This document shows positions 10,277-20,400 of a stretch of 64,000 nt of DNA, in pieces. The stretch's first letter is position 1; each line of letters begins with the position of its first letter. Position numbers and translations under genes: made by a program. Where the stretch lies: the NCBI GenBank assembly GCA_963761335.1, contig CAVXGR010000015.1:288001-352000 (forward strand), read 5' to 3'. The notes below the pieces were generated by a model. The model searched no databases. It worked only from the letters and a program-made list of their open reading frames with translations, and had not been told where the DNA came from. The DNA is from an uncultured delta proteobacterium. GTDB lineage: Bacteria; Desulfobacterota; Binatia; HRBIN30; BPIQ01.

Positions 10277-10840
10277 ATGAATCGATCACCCATACGCGAC
10301 CTGATCGTCGGGCTGTTCGTCCTCGCCGGGCTCGGTGCCCTCGCCTACCTCTCGTTCTCCGTCGGTGGCCTGAGCTACGGCGGGCCGGAGGGATTGATCC
10401 TCTACGCCGAGTTCGACCAGACGGGCGGTCTCAAGGACCGCTCCCCCGTGACCCTGTCCGGGGTGAAGATCGGCGAGGTTCAGTCGATCGAGCTGGACAG
10501 GAAGAACTATCGCGCCCGGGTCACCCTCGACGTCGACCGCAGGCTCGAGCTTCCCGTCGATACCTCGGCATCGATCGTCACCGCCGGTGTCCTCGGCGAT
10601 CGCTACATATCGCTGCAGCTCGGCGGCGAGGACCAGTACCTGAAGTCGGGTGAGCAGATCACCTTCACCGAGTCGGCGGTGATTCTCGAGCGCTTGATCG
10701 GCCAGCTGATTCACGGCACCAACATCGGTGGCGGCAAGGGCTCCGATTCGGCGGGCAGCGCCGCCTCGGACACCGTCGGCGGCAGCGCCGGCGGAGCCGG
10801 CAACCCAGGCGGGACCGGGGCGCCTGCGGAAGCGCAGTAG
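10277..10840 (+). CDS. mlaD: MCE-domain protein MlaD
   Basis: N-terminal TM, GGLKDRSPVTLSGVKIGEV, TAGVLGDRYISL. Confidence 0.92.
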   Translation: MNRSPIRDLIVGLFVLAGLGALAYLSFSVGGLSYGGPEGLILYAEFDQTGGLKDRSPVTLSGVKIGEVQSIELDRKNYRARVTLDVDRRLELPVDTSASIVTAGVLGDRYISLQLGGEDQYLKSGEQITFTESAVILERLIGQLIHGTNIGGGKGSDSAGSAASDTVGGSAGGAGNPGGTGAPAEAQ

Positions 10841-10871
10841 GTGAGTTGAGGCCCGACGGCAGAGGTGGACA

Positions 10872-11636
10872 ATGAGGAAAGGCGCTGAAGTGAACCGCCT
10901 GCGACGGCGGGCGCTTCGCTGTCTGGGAACGGTGCTGTGCGCGACCACGATCCTCGGCTGCGGAGCCCGGGCGCAGATGGCGCAGAACGATCCGTGGGAA
11001 CCATTCAATCGCAAGATGTTCTGGTTCAACGACAAGGCGGACACCTACGTGCTCAAGCCGGTGGCCACCGCTTGGGACTGGGCTCTGCCCAACGTCGTCC
11101 AGCAATCGGTCTCGAACTTCTTCGGCAATCTCAACGTGCCGATCACCGCCGCCAACAACCTGCTCCAGGGGAAGGCGGGCGAGTCGGCAACCGACCTGGG
11201 ACGCTTCGCGGTGAACACCACCGTGGGCATGGTCGGGCTCTTCGACCCGGCGACGACCTTCGGGATCGACAGTCACAACGAGGATTTCGGCCAGACCCTG
11301 GCCTGCTGGGGAGTGCCGTCGGGGCCGTATCTCGTGCTGCCGCTTCTCGGGCCGTCCAGCCCGCGCGACGCCACCGGATACGGAGTCGACACCGTGCTGA
11401 GCGTGTGGCCATTCGTGGTCAGCACCTACGTCTCCACGGCGGTGACGACCGTCAACGTCGTGAACGCGCGCTCGCTCGTCCTCAAGCAGGTGGCCGATGC
11501 CAAGAAGGCATCGCTGGACTTCTACGTCTTCGTCCGCAACGCCTACATTCAACGCCGCAACGCCATGATCAACGACAACAAAGGACCGACGGGAGCACAG
11601 CAGAATGACCTCTACTACACTGATGACGAAGAATAG
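10872..11636 (+). CDS. mlaA: MlaA/VacJ family lipoprotein
   Basis: DPWEPFNRKMFWFN, EDFGQTL, GPYLVLPLLGPSSPRD, YVFVRNAYIQRR. Confidence 0.92.
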   Translation: MRKGAEVNRLRRRALRCLGTVLCATTILGCGARAQMAQNDPWEPFNRKMFWFNDKADTYVLKPVATAWDWALPNVVQQSVSNFFGNLNVPITAANNLLQGKAGESATDLGRFAVNTTVGMVGLFDPATTFGIDSHNEDFGQTLACWGVPSGPYLVLPLLGPSSPRDATGYGVDTVLSVWPFVVSTYVSTAVTTVNVVNARSLVLKQVADAKKASLDFYVFVRNAYIQRRNAMINDNKGPTGAQQNDLYYTDDEE

Positions 11637-12249
11637 GCGTCCGATCGTTCTCGGGATTGCCGTTGCTGCCTTTGTGGCGGCGCCACTCTGGCCGCGCCTT
11701 GCGTGGGCGGAGAGCTCCCCGCGCGAGGTGGTGCAGTCGATGGCCAGCACGGTCGTCGACATCCTGCGCAACTCCGACCTGTCGGCGGACCAGAAAAAAC
11801 ACAAGATCGAAGACATTGCCTACTCGAACATCGACTTCCCCACGGTGTCGCGCCTGGTGCTGGCGCGCAACTGGCGCGACTTCAGCCCGGCGCAGCAGCA
11901 GCAGTTCATCGACGAGTTCAAGCAGCACCTGTCGGTGACCTACGGCGACAACGTCAACAACTACCACAACGAGAAGGTCGAGATCACCGGCGAGCGCGAG
12001 GAGCCACGCGGCGATCACACGGTGATGAGCAAGATCGTCCGCGGCGGTGGCGCGAAGGACATCCCGGTCGACTACCGACTGCGCCAGAGCGACGGCCAGT
12101 GGCGCGTCATCGACATCATCATCGACGGCGTCAGCATGGTGGCCAACTTCCGTGCCCAGTTCCAGGACATCGTCTCCAACGGCGGCCCGGACCACCTGCT
12201 CAAGCTGTTGCATGACAAGAACGTCAAGGGCGAGCCGCTGAAGTCGTGA
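11623..12249 (+). CDS. mlaC: MlaC/Ttg2D periplasmic phospholipid-binding protein
   Basis: Signal peptide; VDYRL, WRVIDIIIDGVSMVANFRAQF. Confidence 0.9.
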   Translation: MTKNRRPIVLGIAVAAFVAAPLWPRLAWAESSPREVVQSMASTVVDILRNSDLSADQKKHKIEDIAYSNIDFPTVSRLVLARNWRDFSPAQQQQFIDEFKQHLSVTYGDNVNNYHNEKVEITGEREEPRGDHTVMSKIVRGGGAKDIPVDYRLRQSDGQWRVIDIIIDGVSMVANFRAQFQDIVSNGGPDHLLKLLHDKNVKGEPLKS

Positions 12250-12298
12250 GCGGCCGCCGGCGCCTGCGGTACGGCGCCGGCAGTCACGGGGAGAGGGT

Positions 12299-12970
12299 AT
12301 GGAGGTACAGGTTCAGCTGGATCCGATCGAGGCCCGCGTCTTCGGGGTGCTCGTCGAGAAGGCGCTGACGACACCCGATCAGTATCCGCTCTCGGTGAAC
12401 GCGGCCACCAACGGCGCCAACCAGAAGAGCAACCGCGATCCGGTGCTGTCGCTCTCCGAGGACGAGGTGTCGGGTGCTCTGTATCGCCTCGAGAGCCGCT
12501 ACCTGGCGCGCAAGTTCTTCCCGGGCAACAGCCGGGTGGAGAAGTTCGGACACAATGGCAAGGAGGCGCTCGGGCTCGATGCTCCGAAGCTGGCGGTTCT
12601 CGCCGAGCTGCTGATGCGGGGCCCGCAGACTCCCGGAGAGCTGCGCGCGCGCGTGGCACGGATGACGCCGATCGACTCGCTCGAGCAGCTCATGAGCATC
12701 ATCGATCCGCTGGTCGAGCGCGGCTACCTGCGACGGCTCGACCCGTTACCCGGCTCGCGCGCCGAGCGCTACGTTCAGCTGGTCAGCCCCGATCTGCATC
12801 CTCTCGATGCTCCTGCGCCGGCGTACGCCGGCCGCAGCGCCGCGTCGGCCCCGGCGGCGGTCTCCCACGACCTGATCGAGCGCATCGAGGCGCTCGAGGT
12901 GCAGATCGGAGAGCTGAAGGCGCAGGTGCAGTCGCTGGCCGCCCGTCTCGGTGAGCGTGCCCCTGAATGA
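12299..12970 (+). CDS. YceH/DUF480 family protein
   Basis: EARVFGVLVEKALTTPDQYPLS, NQKSNRDPV, LLMRGPQTPGELRAR. Confidence 0.88.
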   Translation: MEVQVQLDPIEARVFGVLVEKALTTPDQYPLSVNAATNGANQKSNRDPVLSLSEDEVSGALYRLESRYLARKFFPGNSRVEKFGHNGKEALGLDAPKLAVLAELLMRGPQTPGELRARVARMTPIDSLEQLMSIIDPLVERGYLRRLDPLPGSRAERYVQLVSPDLHPLDAPAPAYAGRSAASAPAAVSHDLIERIEALEVQIGELKAQVQSLAARLGERAPE

Positions 12971-13877
12971 GGGCGTGCCGGAAGCGGCGGTGACCGGCTC
13001 GACCGATATCCGGCACCAGCTCGTGCCCGCCAACGGCCTGCGTTTCCACGTCGCTTCGTGCGGCGAGGGCGAGCGCCTGGCGCTTTGCCTGCACGGCTTT
13101 CCCGAGTGCTGGTACTCGTGGCGTTACCAGCTGCCGTTGCTGGCGCGCCTCGGCTATCGCGCCTGGGCCCCCGATCTGCGCGGCTATGGTGATACCGACC
13201 GGCCGCCGCATCGCGACGACTACGCCATCGAGCGGCTGATGGAGGACGTCGCCGGATTGATCGACGCCGCCGGAGCCCGTTCGGTGCTCCTCGTCGGGCA
13301 CGATTGGGGCGCGGTCATCGCCTGGTATTTTGCCATGCGGCGGCTCCGTCCTCTGCGCGGCCTGGTGATCATGAACGTCCCCCATCCGGCGATCATGGAG
13401 CGCGCCCTGCGCAGCTGGCGGCAGATGGCGCGCTCCTGGTATGCACTGTTCTTCCAGATCCCGCGCCTGCCGGAGCGATTGCTCGCGGCGCGCGGCTATC
13501 GCGCCATCGGCGACGCCTTCCGCAACATGGCGGTCGACAAGAGCCGCTTCCCCGAAGAGACCCTCGCCGTTTACCGCGAGAACGCGGCGCGTCCGGGGGC
13601 CCTCACCGCCATGCTCAATTACTACCGCGCCCTCTTTCGCGGCGGCGGCGCGCGCCAGCGCGCCCTGGGCTATCCGGTGATCGAGGTCCCGACGCTGATG
13701 ATCTGGGGCGAGCGGGACGCCGCCCTCGGCAAGCAGACCACCTACGGTACCGATGCCTACGTGCGCGAGCTGACGCTCCGCTACCTGCCGGACGTCTCGC
13801 ACTGGGTGCAGCAGGAGGCGCCGGAGAAGGTCAACGCGATTCTCGAGGAATGGCTGGGCGGGCGCGCGGACATGTAG
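12951..13877 (+). CDS. Alpha/beta hydrolase, epoxide hydrolase-like
   Basis: LHGFPE, DLRGYG, GHDWGA nucleophile elbow, NYYRA, SHWVQQE. Confidence 0.9.
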   Translation: MSVPLNEGVPEAAVTGSTDIRHQLVPANGLRFHVASCGEGERLALCLHGFPECWYSWRYQLPLLARLGYRAWAPDLRGYGDTDRPPHRDDYAIERLMEDVAGLIDAAGARSVLLVGHDWGAVIAWYFAMRRLRPLRGLVIMNVPHPAIMERALRSWRQMARSWYALFFQIPRLPERLLAARGYRAIGDAFRNMAVDKSRFPEETLAVYRENAARPGALTAMLNYYRALFRGGGARQRALGYPVIEVPTLMIWGERDAALGKQTTYGTDAYVRELTLRYLPDVSHWVQQEAPEKVNAILEEWLGGRADM

Positions 13878-13905
13878 CTCCGGGTGCAGGAGGCTTGTGT
13901 TCAAA

Positions 13906-13955
13906 GTAGAAGCGCCGTCCCGGCGCTTCCCGAAGCGGCGAGAAGCCGCTTCTAC
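13906..13955. repeat. GTAG-type REP doublet (GTAGAAGCG...CGCTTCTAC)
   Basis: Near-identical to 61574-61623; bounded by GTAG/CTAC with two internal hairpins. Confidence 0.85.
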
Positions 13956-14041
13956 TTTGCCCGCGAGCCGCCGGACTCGTCTTGTGCTGTGCGGCGCCGG
14001 CCGTTTGTGATACGGCAGCCCGCAAGAAAGCGGGAGGAATC

Positions 14042-17000
14042 ATGATCAAGAGGAAGGAGGCCTCGCGCCGGAGGTCCGTACGCCGTGCCGATGATTCTTC
14101 GATGCGGTCCGGCAGCCGACTCTTCGGCTTCGTCTTCCACGCCTCGATCTACGACCTGGAGGGCATCTGCGATCGCTACCTCAACCAGGATCCGATCGGC
14201 AAGGTCTCGTACAGCCCGCTCGCCCCCTACGTCGTGCTCCAGTTCGGCGCCCACGGCGTGCCGCTGGGTCCGAAGGTGCCCTTGAAGCTCGACAGCGCTA
14301 CCGAGTGCGATCTCGCCGTTTGGGTTCCGGTGCGGCGCGCCGGTTTCGCGGGGGCGATGCTCTTCAGCCCGTACATGTTCAGCAGCGATCCCATCGACGT
14401 GCTCGAAGGGCGTTCCCGCTATGGCTTTCCGAAGGAGCTCGGTTACTTCGATCAGGGAGACTGGCGGAAGGGACGATTCGCGACGCGCGCCTACGTGGTG
14501 CACAAGCTCGCCCCGGGCGAGGTTGGAGGATTCGGGCCGCTGCTGACCGTCGAGAGGACCGGAGCGGCGGCGAACCCGGGCCGCTCGTGGCGGGCTTTTC
14601 CCGAGGCCGCCGCCGGGCTGCAGCAGACCCTGCTGGGGCGCGCTTCCGGAGGGTCGGCCGATGCCATGCTTTCCTTCATGCTCGGGGATTTCTGGCCGCC
14701 GAACGGACCTCTGGTGCAGCTCAAGCAGTTCCCCGATTGCACCGACAGCCGTTATGTCTGCTACAGCAGCATCGTCGAGGCGCGCAGTCAGGTGGAGAGC
14801 TTCGTCTGCGGTCGCCTGCTTCCCCATGACTACGGCCTGACGCTGACCCGGCAGGCGAGTCATCCGCTGGCGGAGGATCTCGGGCTGCGCGACGAGCCGG
14901 CGGTGCTCGCCTACGAGCTGCATTGCTCGGTTCGCGTCGACAGCGGCCGCGAGGTGTGGCACGCGCCGGCCGAGATCCTCGGCATGCCGCCGCGGCCGCT
15001 GTCGGAGAAGGTGGCGGAGCTCGTCTCCATGGTGTCGCCGCGCCGCGTCTTCGACATGGGCGGCGACGCCGTTCGACGGGTGCTGGGGAGCGCGCCGCCG
15101 GAAGAACCTGCGGTTCCGCAGGAGCAGCCACCGCTGACGGCGCCGGCGCTCGAGGGCCGCCCGGAGAGGATCGTCATTCTCGGCGGCGGCGTCGGCGCCA
15201 TGGCAACGGCCTTCGCCCTGACCGAGGTCCCGGACTGGAAGAAGCGGTATCAGATCACCGTCTATCAGCTCGGCTGGCGGCTCGGCGGCAAGGGCGCCAG
15301 CGGGCGCAACGCCGCGTACCACGACCGCATCGAGGAGCACGGCCTGCACGCCTGGTTCGGTTTCTACGAGAACGCCTTTCGCATGATGCGGCGCTGCTAC
15401 GAGGAGCTTCCGGAACGGAAGTACGCGCCCGCCGACCGCGATCCGCTTCTCTGGGGCTTCGAGCCGCAGGACGATCTGGTTCTCGAAGAGCGGGTCGGCG
15501 AGCAGTGGAGACATCACCCGCTCACCTTCCCGCGCAACAACGAGCGTCCCGGGAGCGGCGACCGCGTCGAGCTCGATGCCGCCGACTACGTCACCATGAT
15601 TCTCCGCTGGATGGCCTGGCTGCTGTGGAGCTCCAGCGATCTGCTCGACGAGCTCGGCGACGCCGCGACTGGGCTCTTCGACCTGATGGAGGAGCTGGTG
15701 GGCCTCACCCAGCCGCACTCCGCCAGCGAGCTCACGTCGCCTCCCGATCACATCGGGATTCGCTGGCTCGAGCGCTTCGGCCCCATCGCCGACGTGGTGC
15801 TCGCGCCGGTCGACCATCTGATGGACGGCCTCTGGAAGCGCCTCCGCCCGGTGCTCGGCACACGTGACGAAGCACGCCGTCTGTTCACCGCCATCGATTT
15901 CGGAGCGGCGGTGGTGCGCGGTATGCTGCGCGACGACGTCGGCGGTCGCGGCTTCGATGTCCTGGAGGACGAGGAGTTCGGCGACTGGCTGCACCGCCAC
16001 GGCGCCACCGAATGGACTCTCGAGTCGGATTGGGTGCGGGCCGTGTACGGCTCGTCTTTCGCCTTCCTGCACGGCGATCCGGCGACGCCTCGCATGGGCA
16101 CCGGCGCGGCGCTCCGCTGGGTGCTGCGCCTCATGGCGACCTACCGGGGCGCCGTCCTCTGGAAGATGACGAGCGGCATGGGGGACACGATCTTCGCGCC
16201 GCTCTATCGCGTTCTGGAGCAGCGCGGTGTGGAGTTCCGGTTCTTTCACCGCGTGCGGCAGCTGCACCTCTCCGGAGACAAAGCCTCGATCGCGGGCATC
16301 TCGCTCGGGCGCCAGGCGACGCCGCGCCCCGGCTACCCGTATCTCAAGCAGGTGAAGGGGAGATGGTGCTGGCCCAACCGGCCCGACTACGACCAGCTGG
16401 CGGAGGGCAAGCCCATGCGCGAGCTGGAGAAGCGCGGCGAGCACGTCAATCTGGAGTCGGCTTGGAGCGCCTGGAGGCCCGACCTCGAAGATCCAGTTGA
16501 GCTTCGCCGCGGCCGGCATTTCGACCGCGTCGTGCTCGGCATCTCGCTCGGCGCTCTCGCTCCGATCTGCTCCGAGCTGGTTGAGGCAAGCCCTCGATGG
16601 CGGCAGATGCTGGAGGGCGTCGAGACGGTGCGCACGCAGGCGTTTCAGCTCTGGCTCGAGGCGCCGCTGCCGGCCACGGGATACGTGGGCCGCAGCCCTA
16701 TCCTCACCGCCTACACGCGGCCGATGGAGACCTGGGGAGACTTCAGCCACACCCTCGCCGCCGAGGGCTGGCCCGAGAAGGGGCGACCGCAACAGGTGGC
16801 GTATTTCTGCGGCCCCATGCCGGATTCTCCGGAGCCGGCGCACTACAGCGATTCGGGCTTCCCGGACCGCATGCGCAAGGAGGTCTTCCGGACGATGTCG
16901 CGCTTCGTGGCGAACGATCTCCGCCACCTGTGGCCCTCGTGGTTCGGGCCGAAGGGGTTCGACTGGACCCAGCTCACGGATCCGAGCGGAGCCAAGGGTG

Positions 17001-17452
17001 AGCAGCGGCTGGCGGCGCAGTTCTGGACGGCAAACATCGATCCGAGCGAGCGTTACGTGCTCTCCGTGCCCGGCAGCGCCAAGTTTCGGCTGCGCAGCGA
17101 CGACTCGCAGTTCTCCAATCTCCTCCTGGCCGGCGATTGGACGTTCAACGGCCTCAACGTCGGCTGCGTGGAGGCCGCGGTAATGTCGGGATTCCGCGCC
17201 GCCCGCGCCATCTGTGGCGAGCCCGTGCACATCGTCGGCGAAGAGCATCTCCACCGAGGTACAGCGCCGGCGCCGGAACCGCCTGCGGCGGGCGGGGCTC
17301 CGCCGGGTACACCACCGGCGGCGCGGCGCGGCGGCGGCACGCGCCGGATCACCGGGAATGGCGCCGCCAAGGCGCCGAAAAAGAAGACCACCGCCGGACG
17401 GCGCCGGCGGCTTGCAGCCGCCCGACGAGTGCCGGCGCGGCGCGATACCTGA
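14042..17452 (+). CDS. Fusion: acetoacetate decarboxylase-like domain + FAD/NAD(P)-binding COG3349/desaturase-like oxidoreductase (paralog 1)
   Basis: GGAGG RBS; N-domain ECDLAVWVPV, GRSRYGFPK, LVQLKQFP; C-domain ILGGGVGA, LGGKGASGR, IEEHGLHAWFGFYEN, LAGDWT, GCVEAAVMSG. Confidence 0.82.
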   Translation: MIKRKEASRRRSVRRADDSSMRSGSRLFGFVFHASIYDLEGICDRYLNQDPIGKVSYSPLAPYVVLQFGAHGVPLGPKVPLKLDSATECDLAVWVPVRRAGFAGAMLFSPYMFSSDPIDVLEGRSRYGFPKELGYFDQGDWRKGRFATRAYVVHKLAPGEVGGFGPLLTVERTGAAANPGRSWRAFPEAAAGLQQTLLGRASGGSADAMLSFMLGDFWPPNGPLVQLKQFPDCTDSRYVCYSSIVEARSQVESFVCGRLLPHDYGLTLTRQASHPLAEDLGLRDEPAVLAYELHCSVRVDSGREVWHAPAEILGMPPRPLSEKVAELVSMVSPRRVFDMGGDAVRRVLGSAPPEEPAVPQEQPPLTAPALEGRPERIVILGGGVGAMATAFALTEVPDWKKRYQITVYQLGWRLGGKGASGRNAAYHDRIEEHGLHAWFGFYENAFRMMRRCYEELPERKYAPADRDPLLWGFEPQDDLVLEERVGEQWRHHPLTFPRNNERPGSGDRVELDAADYVTMILRWMAWLLWSSSDLLDELGDAATGLFDLMEELVGLTQPHSASELTSPPDHIGIRWLERFGPIADVVLAPVDHLMDGLWKRLRPVLGTRDEARRLFTAIDFGAAVVRGMLRDDVGGRGFDVLEDEEFGDWLHRHGATEWTLESDWVRAVYGSSFAFLHGDPATPRMGTGAALRWVLRLMATYRGAVLWKMTSGMGDTIFAPLYRVLEQRGVEFRFFHRVRQLHLSGDKASIAGISLGRQATPRPGYPYLKQVKGRWCWPNRPDYDQLAEGKPMRELEKRGEHVNLESAWSAWRPDLEDPVELRRGRHFDRVVLGISLGALAPICSELVEASPRWRQMLEGVETVRTQAFQLWLEAPLPATGYVGRSPILTAYTRPMETWGDFSHTLAAEGWPEKGRPQQVAYFCGPMPDSPEPAHYSDSGFPDRMRKEVFRTMSRFVANDLRHLWPSWFGPKGFDWTQLTDPSGAKGEQRLAAQFWTANIDPSERYVLSVPGSAKFRLRSDDSQFSNLLLAGDWTFNGLNVGCVEAAVMSGFRAARAICGEPVHIVGEEHLHRGTAPAPEPPAAGGAPPGTPPAARRGGGTRRITGNGAAKAPKKKTTAGRRRRLAAARRVPARRDT

Positions 17453-17475
17453 GCGACGGCCGAGCGGAGGTGCCC

Positions 17476-20400
17476 GTGTCTGTTCAATCTCACCTGCAGT
17501 ACGTGAATCGGGAGCGGGTTTCCGGCTCTCTGCAACCGTTCCAGATCTCCAATGCCCACATGTGGGGGTTGATCTTCCCCGCCGACCTCGAACGCCTGCA
17601 GGCATGTGTCGATCGCGTCCTGAACCGCGATCCGAGCGGCCGCGTCTCCTATGCCGCCTACCTGCCGATGCTCATGTTCGGCTTCAGCTCGATCGAGTAC
17701 GTCACCGCGGTCAATCCGCCGTACAGCGAGTTTGGCGGCGCCCACGAGTGCGAGCTCGCCGTCTGGATCCCGGTGCGGCAGCGGGGCTCTCTGTCGCCGA
17801 TGCTCTTCGGCCCCTACCTGTTCGTCGACAACCCCCTCGCGGTGATCCAGGGGCGCGAGATCTTCGGCTTTGCCAAGGAGATGGCGGAGCTCGGCGGCGA
17901 TCACTGGCCCGAGCACTTCCCCATCTTGGGGTACGTGGGAAGGCCGACCGATCCCCCGGGCCGGCGCTTGGTCCCCGTGCTGACCGTCGAACGCCAGGGA
18001 GAGGGGCGCGTTCCCCGCGAGCGCCGCGACTGGGGATCGTTTTCGCACGCGGCGAGCGACCTGCGGGCAGAATTGGCGGCGGTGTCGCGTCTTCCCGCTC
18101 TCTCGCATGCCGCCGGGCTACTGAGGGACACCTGGTTTCCGAACGCACCGGTGGTGCTCTGCAAGGAGTTCAGCGGCTGCGGAGACCGCGGCAACACTCC
18201 GTGTTACCTCGGCGTGGTCGAGGCCGGCTTTCGCGTGACCTCCATCCATGAGGGCTACATTCTCAAGGACCCGTACCTGCTGCGTCTCCCCAAGGTGGAG
18301 CGGCATCCGATCGCCGCGGATCTCGGGCTGCGCGACGGCACCCCGGCGCTGCTCGCCTACGAGATGAAGTTCGACTTCCGTTTGGAGCCGGGGAAGGAGG
18401 TGTGGTGCACGGCTCTCGGTCGCGATCGGCAACCTCCTTCGCTTCTGGAGCAGGTCGGCGATCTGGTCACGGCCGTGCCGGAGCGGATTGTCGAGCTCGG
18501 CGTGGACACCGTTCAATCCGTCGCCTCCACCTGGATGGAGACCGGGCTGTTTCCGGCGCCGCCTCCTGCGCCCCTGCCGGAGCCGCAGCCCGGAGGAACG
18601 ACGGGCAAGCGCGAGAAGATCGCCATCCTCGGCGGTGGCGTCGGTGCGCTGACCGCCGCCTTTGGCCTCACGGAAGCTCCCGGCTGGCGCGACCGCTACG
18701 AGATCACCGTCTACCAGCTCGGCTGGCGACTTGGCGGCAAGGGGGCCAGCGGTCGCGACCACGGCCGCGGTGATCGCATCGAGGAGCACGGTATCCACGT
18801 CTGGTTCGGATTCTACGAAAACGCCTTCCGCGTCATCCGCCGCTGCTTCCAAGCTCTTCCCGGGTTCGACGAGAGCGCCTACGAGAATCCCATCTTCTGG
18901 GGCTTCGAGCCGTTCGATCTGGTGACCCTGATGCGCTCGGAGGTCGACGGCTCCTGGAAGCCGGCAGTGCTGCGCGTGCCCTCGGCGCTCGGCTGGCCCG
19001 GTGCTGAGGAAAATCCGCCGGCTCCGTCGACACCACTCGAGTACCTGGTCGAGCTGCTCAACTGGCTCGTCGCCCGGCTGATGAACAGCGAGCTGCCACC
19101 CGAGGTGGTCGAGGCCGGCTATCGCTTTGCGGATGTCGAGCAGGAGTTCGCGCGGCTGCTCGAGCGGCTGAGGACCGTCCGCCCGGAGAAACCAGTGCCG
19201 GGCATCGATCTGCCGTTTCACTTCCTCAGCGCCCTCGACGGCGCCGCCGCCCTCGCCGGCGCGGCCATCGGCCGCACGATCGAGCGCCTCGACGCCGAGG
19301 CGATCAGCCACGTGCTCGACCACACTGCCGGTTGGTTGAAAGGGTTCTATGGCGCCGCCGCAGCGGGCCTCTCGGAGGGCCGACTACTGTGGGCGGCAGT
19401 GGATCTGTCGGCGGCCCTGGTGCGCGGAATGATCGAGACGGATGCGATCATCAAGGGTTTCGAGTCGCTCAACGATCGAGACTTTGCCGAATTTCTGCGG
19501 CAGTACGGGGCCGATCAAGCGACGATCGAATCCCCGTGGGTGCGGGCGATCTACTCACAGGGGTTCGCCTTCGTCGGCGGCGACGTCACCAAGGGGCGCG
19601 CCGCCGCCGGCATGGCCATCCGCGGCATCGGGCGCATGCTGCTCACCTATCGGCGCTCGTTCATGTTCAAGATGAAGGGCGGTATGGGCGACATCATCTT
19701 CGCGCCGCTCTACGAGGTACTGAAGGCGCGCGGGGTGCGCTTCAAGTTCTTCCACCGCGTTCGCAAGCTCCATCTGTCTGCGGACAAGCAGACGATTGAG
19801 CGGATCAGTGTCGGACGGCAGGCGACGCCTCCGAAGAATTACCCGTATCTCACCAAGGTGAAGGATCTGTACTGCTGGCCGAATCAACCGCGTTACGACC
19901 TACTGAAGGAGCGCCGAAAGATCGAGAAGCTGCGCGCCACCGGTGCCTACGTGAACTTCGAGTCGGCGTGGAGCGCCTGGGGGCCGGACCACGAGAAGGA
20001 GACCGAGCTGCGCGCCGGCGAGCACTTCGACCGCGTCATTCTCGGCATCCCGGTCGGCTCGCTGGGGGAGATCTGCAGCGAGCTGGTCGAGGCGAACCGC
20101 GACTGGGAGAACATGCTCCGCAAGCTGAAGACGGTGCGCACCCAGTCGTTCCAGCTCTGGCTCAAGAAACGCGTCGACGAGATGGGCTGGCCCGCTTCGG
20201 CCATGGCGAGCCGAAAGGGGGAGCCGGTGGGTCCGATTCTGACCGCTTTCGTCGAGCCTCTGGACACTTGGGGAGACATGACGCACACGCTCGAGACGGA
20301 GAACTGGCCGCCCGAAATGGGGGTGAAGCAGATCGCCTATTTCTGCGGCGTGATGCCGGATACGGAGGAGCCGGCCTGGTACTCTGACCCCTCTTTCCCC

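Noticed and set aside
13952..17605. Very long antisense or alternative-frame ORFs (also 1605-3698, 22228-25167, 38592-40895, 53412-56429, 55943-58366)
   Set aside because: They overlap well-supported genes, have R/A/G/P-rich motif-free translations, and are the expected shadow ORFs of high-GC DNA.
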